Of a stretch of 64,000 nucleotides of DNA, positions 30,060 to 41,362 are shown in pieces. Source of the stretch: an uncultured Verrucomicrobiae bacterium (GTDB lineage: Bacteria > Verrucomicrobiota > Verrucomicrobiia > Chthoniobacterales > UBA10450); contig CAVYXA010000001.1 of NCBI GenBank assembly GCA_963772365.1, forward strand, positions 480,001-544,000. Reading direction: 5' to 3'. Position numbers and translations under genes: made by a program. Numbering within the stretch: the stretch's first letter is position 1; every line of letters starts with the position of its first letter. Below the pieces are notes generated by a model. The model saw only the letters and a program-made list of their open reading frames with translations, did not search any database and was not told where the DNA came from.

Positions 30060-31109
30060 ATGGCAGAAACAGTAGAAGAGCTTTGCCGGCAACCGGAGGT
30101 GCGAGAGGAGCTTGCCCGCACCAGTGGCGAGAAATCAGGCGAGACTGTCCGGGCAAAAGCCAAGGACAAGTTCTGGTTTGTAACCCACTTGCTCATGCTC
30201 GGCGGGTGCGCGGTTCTTTATTATGCCGTCGGAACGAAATTAATTCCCCTCCCCGCGCACGATGTCGATCTTGCCCGGCGCGGACTGCGCGGCGTCGCGT
30301 TGATTGTTGTCGTTCTGGCCATCGCCAAAGCAATTTCCGTTTACCTGATTGGAAGAATCAAGGATCCCACGCTCCGCTTCACCCTCAGACGCATCGAGCA
30401 TCTGCTTGCCGCCATTGCCATCGCTGTAGTCGTCATTTCGGCAATTTTTGTGAATTGGTATGCCGGTCTGACCGCGCTCGGCATCGGGTCCATTATTGTT
30501 GGTCTCGCGGTCCAGACTCCGATGAAGAGTTTCATAGCCTGGATCTACATTCTGGTGCGGCGTCCGTTCCAGGTAGGCGACCGAATCAAGATCGGAGATG
30601 CCACTGGCGATGTTATCGATGTCGGCTATCTCGATACCACACTGTGGGAATTCGGCGGGCAATATATTTCCGGCGATCATCCCAGCGGCCGAGTCATTCG
30701 TTTCCCGAACGAAAAAGTTCTCGACGAAATCGTCTGGAACTATTCCTGGCCGCTATTCCCTTACATTTGGAATGAGATCAGGTTTCAAATTGCGTATCAA
30801 AGCGATCTGAAATTTGTGTCCGAGACGATGCAGCGAATCGTGGAGGAAGAGTTGGGCCGGGAAATGATGGAGCGGGTTGAACTGTTTCGCGAACTTCTCG
30901 CTCGCACGCCGGTCGATGAGCTGGAAGTGCGGGCACATCCACGCGTCATTTTTCGCGTTGATGAAGTGACTTGGATCGATGCCATCGTTCGCTACGTCGT
31001 GTCGCCCCGCGAAGCCGGCGCGGTCAAGACACGCCTGATTCCCAAACTCCTCGCCGCATTGAATGCCGAGCCAGACAAGGTCATGTTTCCAAAAGGAGAC
31101 GCGCGATAG
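30060..31109 (+). CDS. Small-conductance mechanosensitive channel (MscS family)
   Basis: TM helices; RPFQVGDRIKIG...GDVIDVG...FPN motif. Confidence 0.92.
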   Translation: MAETVEELCRQPEVREELARTSGEKSGETVRAKAKDKFWFVTHLLMLGGCAVLYYAVGTKLIPLPAHDVDLARRGLRGVALIVVVLAIAKAISVYLIGRIKDPTLRFTLRRIEHLLAAIAIAVVVISAIFVNWYAGLTALGIGSIIVGLAVQTPMKSFIAWIYILVRRPFQVGDRIKIGDATGDVIDVGYLDTTLWEFGGQYISGDHPSGRVIRFPNEKVLDEIVWNYSWPLFPYIWNEIRFQIAYQSDLKFVSETMQRIVEEELGREMMERVELFRELLARTPVDELEVRAHPRVIFRVDEVTWIDAIVRYVVSPREAGAVKTRLIPKLLAALNAEPDKVMFPKGDAR

Positions 31110-31167
31110 TTCAGTCGCGATTCACAATCGAATTTGCAACTTCGCCCGGCCCCACATTATCTGTCTG

Positions 31168-32184
31168 ATGCAACGTAGCGCTCTGCTTGGTTTGATTTTG
31201 TGGTTAGCCATTGCCGCCAGAATCGCCGCCCAAACTGAATCGCCCCAGCCGTCGCCGGCAGGAACTCCGCGGCCCAAACCGAAACATATGCCGGAGATCA
31301 TCGCGGCCTTGCCGAATTTTGATGAGGAGACCGCCACCAAACTACAAATTTTTTTGGACAATAACGACTTTGGGCCGGGCAAGATCGACGGCCGAATGGG
31401 CGAATTTTTTCGCAAGGCACTGATTTCTTACAAGCACGCCCATGCCATTCGCGAAACCGGCGCAGTCGATCAATGGATGCTGCAGCAGGTCCCGCAAACG
31501 TTTACCAGCTACACGATCACCCAGGATGATTTGAAATTCATCGGATCGGTTCCGAGCAGTCATGACGAGCAGGCGAAACTAAAATGGCTCCCCTACACTT
31601 CCCTGCTTGAGTTTGTGGCCGAACGCTATCATTCGGCGGAGGCTTACATTCAAAAGCTCAATCCCGACAAAAACTGTGAGCGCTTGAAACCGGGCGATGT
31701 CCTCAAGGTTCCGAACGTGTTGCCGTTTGATGTTGCAAAATTGACTGAGGGAAAAATTGCCGAAAATCCAGCCCTGGCCGCGCGCAAGATTTACGTCGAT
31801 ACCAAGGAACGATTGCTGGAAGTCTTCGATGGCGATCGGCTCGTGTGCGTTTTTCCGATCACACCTGGATCAACAACCCTGCCCGCTCCGATCGGCACTT
31901 GGAAAATCTCGGCGCGACGGTCTGGCCGTGGTTTCGCTATGATGAAGCGATGCTGAACTACGGAGTTCGCAGCGAAAATTATGTTCAATCTGCCACCCGG
32001 CCCGAATAATCTCGTGGGCGTTCTCTGGATGGGCCTGAACAAACCGGGCATCGGCATTCATGGCACGAACAATCCGGAAACAATCGGCCGCGCCGCCAGC
32101 CATGGCTGCATTCGTTTGGCCAACTGGGATGCCGCGCGAGTGAAAGATTTCGTCACGGTGGGTAATACCGTCATCATCTTTTGA
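31168..32184 (+). CDS. L,D-transpeptidase, frameshifted around 31905-31980
   Basis: Signal peptide; PGKIDG; GIHGT...ASHGCIRL catalytic motif in the downstream frame. Confidence 0.85.
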
Positions 32185-32204
32185 TAAGTTTCCGCCGGGC
32201 GCCA

Positions 32205-32312
32205 GGAAGATAGGCTTCCAGCCTGTCTCGGCCGATAGGCATCTTGCCTGTCGAAGAGAAGGACGACCGGCTGGAAGCCCGTCTGCCGAGTCAGGCAGGC
32301 TGCCTGACCTCC
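32205..32312. repeat. Composite multi-hairpin REP element
   Basis: Four short hairpins; shares GCCGAGTCAGGCwGGCwGCCTGAC with the element at 57148-57271. Confidence 0.7.
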
Positions 32313-32369
32313 GGAAAATATTTCGCGCGGAATCGCGTCCTCGAACGTCTAGGCTTTAGATCGACAAAA

Positions 32370-32904
32370 ATGGATCCCAGTGAACGCGACCAATACCGGG
32401 CAGCCATTCAAGGCGATCGAGAGGCATTTGAAATGATCATCCGCACCCATAGCCGAACACTTTTCGCCATCGCCTACGGCATTCTGCAAAACCGGGAAGA
32501 AGCCGAGGACGTCGTGCAGGATTCGCTGCGTCAAAGCCTGGAAAACGCGCTGGCGCGTTCGCGATCCGGAAAAATTTCCCGCATGGCTGGCCACGATAGC
32601 GCGTCATCGTGCCCATGATATTTTCCGCAAACGTAAGACAGTTTCTTTCGCGCACGAAAAACTCCAGAGAAGCGAAACCGGAACTACCGACACGATCGAC
32701 TTAGATCGACAACTTCATTCCGCGCTTGCCGCATTGCCCGAACTTCACCGGGTCGCGCTCACATTGCGTTACTTCGAAGAAATGGATTATCGCACAATCG
32801 AAAACACGCTGGGTCTCAGCAACGGCGCCCTGCGCGGAATTCTCGGGCGCGCCCTCGCGTCGATGCGCAAACAACTCAGACCCGCTCTCGTCGCTTTGGA
32901 ATAG
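32370..32904 (+). CDS. ECF RNA polymerase sigma factor (frameshift near 32530)
   Basis: GDREAF...EAEDVVQD, then FPAWLATIARHRAHD...LPELHR..LTLRYFEEM region 4. Confidence 0.85.
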
Positions 32905-32906
32905 CC

Positions 32907-34883
32907 ATGATCATCGCACGATAACATCGACAACTTTCTTGCCGCCGATCTGCACGGCGACCTTTCCGAAGACGAACGCAATGCGCTTCATGCGCATCTC
33001 GTCGAATGCGCCGACTGCCGCAAAGCTCATCAGGAAACAAAAATCATGAACAACGTATCTAGAAGAAACACTGGCTCCAGAGAAAGCCGATCCCGCATTC
33101 GAACAACGAATGCTGGCCGGGTTTCATAATCGGGTTCCGGAACGCAGAGGGATTGTGAGGTCGGTTATCCATTTTATGCGTCTGCGCCCAGTTCAAATCA
33201 CAGCCCTCGCCGCCGTATTGCTCGGACTCGTCCAGATCGGACGAATGATTACCGCAGAAAGAGGATCGAAAACGCAGTCGGTCGCTGTTTTCGATTCGCT
33301 AAGGGATGAACGCCGCCCCAGGCAGAATCTCAGCGGAGGAGCACGCAAGGATGAAATGCGGGATTGCCTGCTGCAATGGAACCATCAGCTACCGGCGGTA
33401 GCGAAATCAGCGGGCACGCTAAGTATCGAGAAACAGAACGACCTCAAAGCGAAAGCCTTCCGCGAGCTCGACCGAACAATTACGGAATCAAATAGTCCTA
33501 TCTGCCGCCACAGAACCGGCAGCCCAACCGGCTGAACCCGCTTCTCCTCTGGCAAATCGCAAGCTCATCCGGAATGCAAACGTCGAGCTCGAGATTGCCA
33601 GTTTTGATCATGCGGTCCAGGAAATCACAAGTTTCGCGGCAGAAGCGAACGGCTATGTCGCAACGACGAGTTCAGAAAAACAAGCCAATGGGAAACTGCG
33701 CGGAACCGTAGTGGTCAAGGTGCTGCCTGAGAATTTGGATTCGTTTCTTCAGAAAGTTCGCGGCCTTGGCGAATTGAAAAATCAGACGCTCGGGACTGAG
33801 GATGTGACCAAGGCGTATCTTGACACAGATGCACGCCTGAAAAATGCGCGCGTGATGGAGCAACGTTTGATCGACATGCTCAAGAACAAGACCGGCAAAG
33901 TTTCCGATCTGCTCGAGGTCGAGAAGGAACTCGGCCGCGTCCGTGAGGAGATCGAGAAGATGCAGGGCGAACTGAAATACTGGGATTCGCAGGTGCAATT
34001 CGCGACGGTCACAATCCAGCTCGCCGAAAAAGATTTGGAAAAACCGGCAGCATTTCTCCTCAAAGAGCACGCGCAGCTCGCGCTCTACGCCCCGGAAGTT
34101 GAGAAGATTTACAACAATATCAAGACACTCGCGTCGCCCAAAGTGCAGATCACCAATGCGCAGCTCGATCGCGATTATTCCGGTCGTGTCTCAGCGCGAT
34201 TGTCGATCCTGATCGCGCCGGAGGAAAGCGACGCGGTAATCTCGAAGATCAAAGGATTCGGCCGGGTCGAGAATTTCCAAACGCAGACCGAGCGCATCGC
34301 GCAAGGTGGCGAAGGAATGTCGGAGAGCGCCAGGGTCAAGCGTGACAAAGTGGAATTGAACATCACGATTTCGCGCGAAGAACAAGAGCAGCCGCTCCAG
34401 CAGACGAGCCTGAGCATTCGGACATCGGATGTCGACGCGAAGGCGAAGAAGTTGCGCGAATTAACGGAAAAGCAGAGCGGCCACATTCGCAGCTCATCGT
34501 TTAACCGCGACCCGAACGGACGCGAAGTGGCGAACATTTCTGTGCGCGTCGCGATGAAGAACTACAACGCACTGATGCAATCGCTGGGTTTGCTGGGGAA
34601 AGTCGAGAACGTGGGCGTGCAGCGCCAGGATCGGACCGGCACGCAAATCGACGAAGCCAACGCCCCCGCCGACATCTCGATCGTCGTTTACAGTCAGGGC
34701 AACATCGTTTCCAGCGAGAGCGGTTTGTGGGCGACCTTGCGCAACACACTGGCCCAAAGCGCGGCCGCGATCATGTGGAGTTTGCGAATGATCGGCGTCG
34801 CCATTGCGTTTCTGGCGCCGTGGGTCGTAGCGATCGTGGTGATTATTTGGATCGCGAAGCGCATCGCGCGAGCGCGAAAATGA
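32907..34883 (+). CDS. zf-HC2 anti-sigma factor fused to DUF4349-like domain, frameshifted
   Basis: HLVECADC zinc motif, TM segment, RKLIRNA...EDVTKAYLD..ARL DUF4349-like region, C-terminal TM. Confidence 0.75.
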
Positions 34884-34890
34884 TCGCGCC

Positions 34891-35448
34891 TGTAGCGGCG
34901 GTCTATGACCGTCGCTCGAATTGCTAGAAGTTCGCTATTGTCTCGTGTGCCGGAACGTCTCCGCAGAGTCCATCGCCTCTTTTACCGAGTTCCAATCTAT
35001 TATGTGACTGCGTGCACCTTCATACGCCGATCGAATCTGAACAATGGTGCGGTTCACGCCCGCCTGTTTGAATTCAGTAACGCGGGTCCCCATCGTGGAG
35101 CATGGTTGGGTGCGTACGTGCTCATGCCGGATCACCTGCACGCATTTGTCGGAATGAATGACGAGCTATTGACGCTGTCCGAATGGATGAAGTCGCTGAA
35201 AAATGCTCTGTCGCAGACGCTGCGACTTCAAAAAATTCCATCACCGCACTGGCAGAAAGGGTTCTTCGATCACATCCTGCGTAGCGAAGAATCTTACGAC
35301 GAAAAGTGGAGTTACGTTCGCGAAAACCCCGTGCGTGCTGGATTAGTTGAGCAATGGGAGGAATGGCCATTCTTGGGTGAAGTATTCGATCTGGAGTTCC
35401 TGGATGATCTCAATTGATAAACTGCGACGGTCATAGACCGCCGCTACA
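34891..35448 (+). mobile_element. REP-flanked RAYT unit
   Basis: Perfect 25-bp inverted repeats TGTAGCGGCGGTCTATGACCGTCGC (34891-34915) and 35424-35448 around the transposase. Confidence 0.9.
34947..35417 (+). CDS. REP-associated tyrosine transposase (HUH/Y1)
   Basis: YYVT, MPDHLH, WQKGFFDHILR, YVRENPV motifs. Confidence 0.92.
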   Translation: MPERLRRVHRLFYRVPIYYVTACTFIRRSNLNNGAVHARLFEFSNAGPHRGAWLGAYVLMPDHLHAFVGMNDELLTLSEWMKSLKNALSQTLRLQKIPSPHWQKGFFDHILRSEESYDEKWSYVRENPVRAGLVEQWEEWPFLGEVFDLEFLDDLN

Positions 35449-35510
35449 AAAGCCGATGCACCTTGCCCAAATCGCGAACGAGTCGTACCATGCCTGCAAG
35501 GAGGATGCCG

Positions 35511-37266
35511 ATGAAATCTGAAAGCGGAATCAGCTACTCAACGCGGCAGTCGCCAGTTGCCCGAAACATTTGCTCCAGTTCGCTGTCGATCAGCGTTACG
35601 ACGATTATACGTCGGTCGATCATGCCGTGTGGCGATTTATCATGCGGCAAAACATTTTTTTCCTGAAGGAATACGCTCACAAGGTTTACTTCCAGGGATT
35701 GCTCGATACCGGCATTTCTTTCGAACGGATCCCGCGCATCGAAGAGATGAACGAAATTCTCGGCAAGATCGGCTGGGGCGCTGTGGCGGTGGATGGCTTT
35801 ATTCCGCCGGCCGCGTTCATGGAATTCCAGGCTTACAAAGTTCTCGTGATCGCGTGCGACATGCGCCAGATCCATCACATCGAATACACGCCGGCGCCCG
35901 ATATCGTCCACGAAGCCGCCGGACACGCCCCGATCATTGTCGATCGCGAGTATTCAAATTACTTGCAGCGCTTCGGCGAAGTTGGAGCGAAAGCGATGTC
36001 GTCGAAAAAAGATTTCGAGCTGTACCAAGCGATCCGGCATCTGTCGATCCTGAAGGAACAACCGAATAGCGACCCGAAGGAAGTCGAGGAAGCAACCCGC
36101 GAAGTTGAATATCGGCAGAAAAATCTCGGCGAACCTTCCGAGATGGCGCTCTTCTCGCGTTTGCATTGGTGGACGGTGGAATACGGCCTGATCGGCCCGC
36201 TCGAAAATCCTAAGATTTACGGCGCCGGTTTGCTCTCGTCGATCGGCGAATCGGTTTCCTGTTTGGAAGCGGAGGTGAAGAAGATCCCCTACTCCATCGA
36301 GGCGATGAATCAGCCATTCGATATCACGACCAAACAGCCGCAGCTTTTCATTTGTCGCGACTTCAAACATCTGAGCGATGTTCTCGAAGAATTTGCCAGC
36401 AAAATGGCGTTCATGGTCGGCGGCCTCGAAGGAATCAACAAGGCCATCGAATGCAAGAACACGACTACCTGCGAATATTCATCGGGCTTGGAAGCGAGCG
36501 GCACGTTCACAGAAGTCATCACAAAAGGCGAAGCGCCAATTTATTTGCGAACGACTGGCCCCACGGCCCTGGCTTATAGGGAGAAAGAACTTCCTGGTCA
36601 TGGCCGCGATTATCACAAGGACGGGTTCGGCTCGCCGATTGGGAACTGGAAACGCGACTGAGATCAACGGAAGGCAAGCAGACGAAATTGGAATTCGAAA
36701 GCGGTGTCACGGTTGAAGGCAAGATCGACAAGTTATTGAAGCGCGATGGCAAATTGATTCTGATCACGTTCTCAAATTGCACGGCGAAATATGGTGACCG
36801 CGTGTTGTTCGACCCGAGCTGGGGAACATACGATATGGCCGTAGGCGATCGAATCAGTTCTGTCTTCAACGGCGCGGCTGACAAAGACGCATACAATCAA
36901 GTCGCGCTCATTCCAAAGGAGCGCACGATCAAGGTGCCGTCCGATGCAAAACGCAAGCGTCTGGAAAATCTCTACGCGCAGGTCCGCAAGATTCGCGAAA
37001 GCAAAATGGGTTATGAACGACTTGGTGAAATTTGGGAGACACAGCAGGCCGAACACCCGGAAGACTGGCTCTTGTCGATGGAAATCTTCGAAATTCTCGA
37101 CACGACTGAACAACAACAGAATCTCAAGGCAAAGATCGAGAAGTTTTTAAATGAGAAAAAAGCAATGACGACAGATTTCTCGACTTTGATCGGTTGGGGC
37201 TTCCGTCTTGTTGAATATCACAAGAAACCGGAATACCAGGCGGCGCTGCACGCGTCGCCAAAATGA
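35511..37266 (+). CDS. phhA: Long-form aromatic amino acid (phenylalanine) hydroxylase, frameshifted near 35550 and 36655
   Basis: YTPAPDIVHEAAGHAP, WWTVEYGL, YGAGLLSSIGE motifs; AAGGAGG RBS before ATG 35511. Confidence 0.88.
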
Positions 37267-37289
37267 GCTGCGGCTCCCTGACCGTCGAG

Positions 37290-37949
37290 CTACATGGGCA
37301 GCCCGTTGTACTTCTCAGCGACTGGACGAAGCTGATCGAAAACCTGTGCCGCTGGTAACGGCGTTCCGGCTTTCAACTGCAGGTCGGAATCGTCAATAAG
37401 TGAGATCAGCATCAAGTTGCCGTCCTGGCGGTAGCCGAGGAAATAGGCATTGAGCGCCGGGACCTGCACAACGAAGTAGGCGCCGGGTGCGAGATTGTTT
37501 GCTTTCTCGCTCTCATCGCGCGCTTTCGTGGCGAGACGCGCAAAGTTTGCCCCGCCGAAATCAGACGTCTTCCATCCTTCCTTGCCTTTCTGCAAAACAA
37601 TCGAAGTGCGGACCTGATCATCAGCGCTGACCGGATAAATCACCTTGTCGATCGGTTTGAGTAATCTGTTAGCGTCGGAGCCCGGCTGATAAGCGCGCAG
37701 ATCCTGCAGTTCCACCATGAACACAGAAAAAGGTTCGCCCAGTTTTGCATGCCCTATTTGATCAGCCGATTGGAAACCCATTTGTTTGAAGTTTGTACGC
37801 TTACCGAGTTCTTGCAACGTAGTCAGGCCACGAGTCGCGGCTTCTTTTGTCTGACTCAAGTCGCGCTGTTCACCGGTCTGTGCCGTTCCTTGTCCGCGGG
37901 CCGTTGTTAGTCCAACCAAAGATATCAATGCTGCCGCTAAGATCTTCAT
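37290..37949 (-). CDS. Secreted hypothetical protein
   Basis: 219 aa with signal peptide; 9 bp downstream of the peptidase gene. Confidence 0.8.
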   Translation of the reverse strand: MKILAAALISLVGLTTARGQGTAQTGEQRDLSQTKEAATRGLTTLQELGKRTNFKQMGFQSADQIGHAKLGEPFSVFMVELQDLRAYQPGSDANRLLKPIDKVIYPVSADDQVRTSIVLQKGKEGWKTSDFGGANFARLATKARDESEKANNLAPGAYFVVQVPALNAYFLGYRQDGNLMLISLIDDSDLQLKAGTPLPAAQVFDQLRPVAEKYNGLPM

Positions 37950-37958
37950 CGCTTCTCC

Positions 37959-38522
37959 TTATTGTTTTGTGACATTGTAATAATCGTCCCAGTGAGTGTG
38001 ATCCGAGCCGCTCACATAATCATCGTAGGTCTTGGTGTATTGGTCGCCGACATTCGGTGGCCAGGGATTGTTTACCGAAACGTAGTTCACCCCATCGATC
38101 TCGACGTAACCGGTTGCAACCATCATGTGCCCGCCTCCGCCATTCCAGTGCCAGGCAAACGCAAATGGCTTTCGTTGGCAATAAATCTGATTTTTCACTG
38201 CGTCCCAGGAAAGCGCCGCATCAGACGTTTTCTGGAACGTGAAGCCATATTTATCGAACTCAGGCCATCCGCCATTTACGCAATGGTTAGGGACGGGCGA
38301 GTTACAACAATCATTGTGCCCGAAACGTTTATTCGCTTCGTCACACTGGGTCACGTTCACCCCGAGAAATTCCATCACCATTTGGCCGCTCGCCGCCCAG
38401 CACCACATCGATGTTTCCTGGGCGTGAAGATTAACCGGTTGCGACCCGATATTGGCATTTGGCCGGCAACACCCGCCAAGCAAGAACCAAATCAACAAAC
38501 ATTCGGACAATTTCTTACTCAT
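37959..38522 (-). CDS. Papain-like cysteine peptidase (C39/C70-like), possible lipoprotein
   Basis: QETSMWCWAAS, GHMMVATGY, NNPWPP; LGGC lipobox-like signal. Confidence 0.8.
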   Translation of the reverse strand: MSKKLSECLLIWFLLGGCCRPNANIGSQPVNLHAQETSMWCWAASGQMVMEFLGVNVTQCDEANKRFGHNDCCNSPVPNHCVNGGWPEFDKYGFTFQKTSDAALSWDAVKNQIYCQRKPFAFAWHWNGGGGHMMVATGYVEIDGVNYVSVNNPWPPNVGDQYTKTYDDYVSGSDHTHWDDYYNVTKQ

Positions 38523-38604
38523 GGTGACCTTTCGTTTTCCTATCAACTTTCCGTAGCCTGACGGCTGTCGACAGCCTAAGTCAAGCGATCAAAGGGACAC
38601 AAGC

Positions 38605-39450
38605 CTAGACTGTTTCGTCCTTGAAATGGCGCTTCCCCTTCAGCGCTTGGGCATATTCATCCTTGCTCAGAATATTTTCGTCGAGCTGCGTATCGGTGCG
38701 GAGAAAGTTGTGAAACCAGGTTATGATTCGTTCACGGTCCTGCAGCACCTGGTCTGTGATGTAGTTGGTGTCGATGTTGATGCAGATCCCGCCGACAATC
38801 CCGAATTCCTTGCGCTTGATTGGGATCGACGTGCACTTGAATTTTCGCGAACCGATATTCAGCTCGTAGTTGAGTTTGTCCTCGTTTGCCAGCTGACGGC
38901 GTTTGAAGTCGATGAGCAAATTGGTCGCTCCGTCGCGGAGGTGCCGTCCGGTGACATTGTTCTCAAGCGTAATCAACGAATGCGCTGGATCGGCCAGATT
39001 GTGCAGCAGAATTTCTATCCCGGTATTCTGAAATGATTTCCCGATCAATCGGACTATGCGCTCGTAATTTTCGAGAAACTCGTGCGTATCATCGACAACC
39101 TTCTTGCCGTCGTATTTCTCGAACAACTGCGCATAGACTTTTTGCTCGGCTGGTTCGAGCTGGGTTCGCACGTTATTTTGTTCGCCGATGAAAATAAGCT
39201 GTCGGGCGGCAGTATCGTCCTCGTTCTTGAGGAAGTAATGCATCCCGAGCCGGAAATCTTTCAGACTAAACTCGCCAAAGTTCTCCCGGCTAACTGTGAA
39301 TGGATAAAAATCGTATTCCTCGAGGTTCCGACCGAATTTCCGCCTCCGCTCCTTGTATTTCCCCCAGAGAAAACCGATTGCCAGGAAAATGATCGAGACG
39401 ACGATCGAAGCGATGATATTGATACCAATTTCGCTTTGGAGAGCTTTCAT
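38605..39450 (-). CDS. Membrane-anchored YheO-like PAS domain protein
   Basis: N-terminal TM; EILLHNL..P.HSL...N.VTGR...G..CINID PAS_6-like motif. Confidence 0.75.
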   Translation of the reverse strand: MKALQSEIGINIIASIVVSIIFLAIGFLWGKYKERRRKFGRNLEEYDFYPFTVSRENFGEFSLKDFRLGMHYFLKNEDDTAARQLIFIGEQNNVRTQLEPAEQKVYAQLFEKYDGKKVVDDTHEFLENYERIVRLIGKSFQNTGIEILLHNLADPAHSLITLENNVTGRHLRDGATNLLIDFKRRQLANEDKLNYELNIGSRKFKCTSIPIKRKEFGIVGGICINIDTNYITDQVLQDRERIITWFHNFLRTDTQLDENILSKDEYAQALKGKRHFKDETV

Positions 39451-39456
39451 TCCCGA

Positions 39457-40149
39457 TCAAAGATTTCCGCTCAAGCTCGACAACGAAATATTTTCCAGCG
39501 TGATTTCGTTCGGTCGAGAAAGCGCATAAGCCACAGCATCGGCTACGATTTCGGGTGACATCATTTTTTCCCGGGGCCAATCACCGGCCACATAATCCCA
39601 GATCTCCGTGGCGGTGGCAGCAGGATAGATGTTGATCACGCGAATTTTGTGCTCCCGCAGTTCTTCCCGGACAGATTGAGAAAATCCTTCCAGCGCGAAC
39701 TTGCTCATGCAATACGCGCTCCAATTGGGAAAACCGGTCCTGGCCGCGACCGAGAGAATATTCACGATGCTGGACCCTGGCGGCATTTGCGGAGCGAAGT
39801 GTTGAGTTAGCAGGAACGGCGCTGTGATATTGACGCCTACCGTCTGTTCCCATTCGACGGGAGTGATTTCGCAGAATGGTTTTACAACCGCAATACCTGC
39901 GTTGTTTACCAGCAAATCAATCGCCGTGCTACCGGCATTTGCGATCAAATCGGAGACACCTGCTGGCGTGGCCAGATCGTGAAGGAGCAGAATTACTTTT
40001 GCGCAGTCCTGTTGGACTGACTTTTTCGTTTCAGCCAAAGCGATTGTGTCGCGTCCATGCAAGAGCAAGGTGACATCTTTATCGGCGAGCTTTGCAGCAA
40101 TGGCGCGGCCAATTCCGCGACTCGCACCAGTTATCAGATACCGTTTCAT
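39457..40149 (-). CDS. SDR family oxidoreductase (candidate pterin reductase)
   Basis: TGASRGIG, NNAG, YCMSK motifs; directly follows PTPS. Confidence 0.85.
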   Translation of the reverse strand: MKRYLITGASRGIGRAIAAKLADKDVTLLLHGRDTIALAETKKSVQQDCAKVILLLHDLATPAGVSDLIANAGSTAIDLLVNNAGIAVVKPFCEITPVEWEQTVGVNITAPFLLTQHFAPQMPPGSSIVNILSVAARTGFPNWSAYCMSKFALEGFSQSVREELREHKIRVINIYPAATATEIWDYVAGDWPREKMMSPEIVADAVAYALSRPNEITLENISLSSLSGNL

Positions 40150-40150
40150 T

Positions 40151-41362
40151 TCAGGTTCGCCGCAAAGTAAATCGATTGTTGGGCGTTTCCCACAATCGCA
40201 ATCGAACGAGTTGCTGACTTACTCGACTGTCGATCTTCGGCCACAGCGTGCGCACTATGTTTTCCCCCGTGGACGGATTTTCTCGAAAATCGTCCGTCTC
40301 CAGATCGAGATGTCGATCCTGCCATGGTTCGAGCGATTCTTCGATTGCGCTTTTGAGTTTCACAAAATCATAAAGCGTTCCGCTGCGCGCGTCATAGTCC
40401 CCGCCCACGGTTGACTCGGTGAGATAGTGATGTCCGTGTCCCTGCGGGTTGTTGCATTTTCCGTAGAGCCGCGCGTTCTCGACATCCGAAAGTACCGCGC
40501 TGTGCAGGCGATGCGCAGCATCGAACGACATCCGCATTCCCAGAAAAACGCTCTCGTCATCCCACACTTCTGCGAAGAAATCTTCGCGCTCATGCAGCCG
40601 CACATTGTACAAATGCGGAAGCGCGCCGCTGACGCGCTCAAAAATGTAACCGGTCAGGCTTTCGGTCGTTACTGGGCGCTTCTTCAAATTAGAGTCGTCA
40701 TTCAAATAACGATGATCGAACTCGGCCTGGATCGATTTCATCGCTGCATCGATTTGATCGTGTCGAACCAATGGCGACCCACCCGACAGTTTCTCTGCGC
40801 GAAACGTAAGCCGGCATCGATAATGATGACCATGCGGCGATGTGGCCGCGCCAAAGAATTCCCGATTTTCTGTTTCGTTTAGATATGGCGAGACCGTCCG
40901 GCGCGCGGCTGAAAATTCCACCCAGTGGCTCGCCTCGCAGGCACCATCGGAGTAGAACGTTGCGCTTCGGTCAGCAGACTCGCTCAGGTGACAAGCGTAC
41001 AACTTTGCCTGGATATCCGAAAAGACCGGGGCAACATCGACAAACAATTGCCGAGCCACATTCTCGGTAGTCGGTGGCGAATCAGCAAAAGCGGGGTTTT
41101 GTTCGTTCAGGAATTTGTGATCGAATCCCTGCTGCAAAATTCTGGACGCTCGCTCCTTGATTTCGCTGATGTTGATGAGCATGCCCGTGGCTGTATCCAC
41201 CGGACCGGTAAAAATGAAGGAGGCGATGTAATTGCGGCCTGTCCCATATCGAGCACGACTTTCAGGACCGAATGCAATGAGGTTTTCCGCGTCGGTCCAA
41301 TCTCGCACAAACAGCCGGCGGGAGGCCGAGAATTCGAGCCGCTTGCTGACCGTCAGGAGCAT
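40151..41362 (-). CDS. 6-pyruvoyl-tetrahydropterin synthase-like protein with three tandem T-fold domains
   Basis: Three repeats of FxAxxR...DHxxL...TxE(N/S)...LxE; the third has AAHRL and CNNPQGHGH. Confidence 0.85.
   Translation of the reverse strand: MLLTVSKRLEFSASRRLFVRDWTDAENLIAFGPESRARYGTGRNYIASFIFTGPVDTATGMLINISEIKERASRILQQGFDHKFLNEQNPAFADSPPTTENVARQLFVDVAPVFSDIQAKLYACHLSESADRSATFYSDGACEASHWVEFSAARRTVSPYLNETENREFFGAATSPHGHHYRCRLTFRAEKLSGGSPLVRHDQIDAAMKSIQAEFDHRYLNDDSNLKKRPVTTESLTGYIFERVSGALPHLYNVRLHEREDFFAEVWDDESVFLGMRMSFDAAHRLHSAVLSDVENARLYGKCNNPQGHGHHYLTESTVGGDYDARSGTLYDFVKLKSAIEESLEPWQDRHLDLETDDFRENPSTGENIVRTLWPKIDSRVSQQLVRLRLWETPNNRFTLRRT

Noticed and set aside
25900..36700. Dense frameshifts in treZ, the debranching enzyme, the LamG protein, LDT, ECF sigma, anti-sigma and phhA
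   Set aside because: Single-base indels cluster across unrelated genes whose motifs are otherwise intact. This fits low-coverage long-read error better than pseudogenisation or programmed frameshifting; reads are needed to settle it
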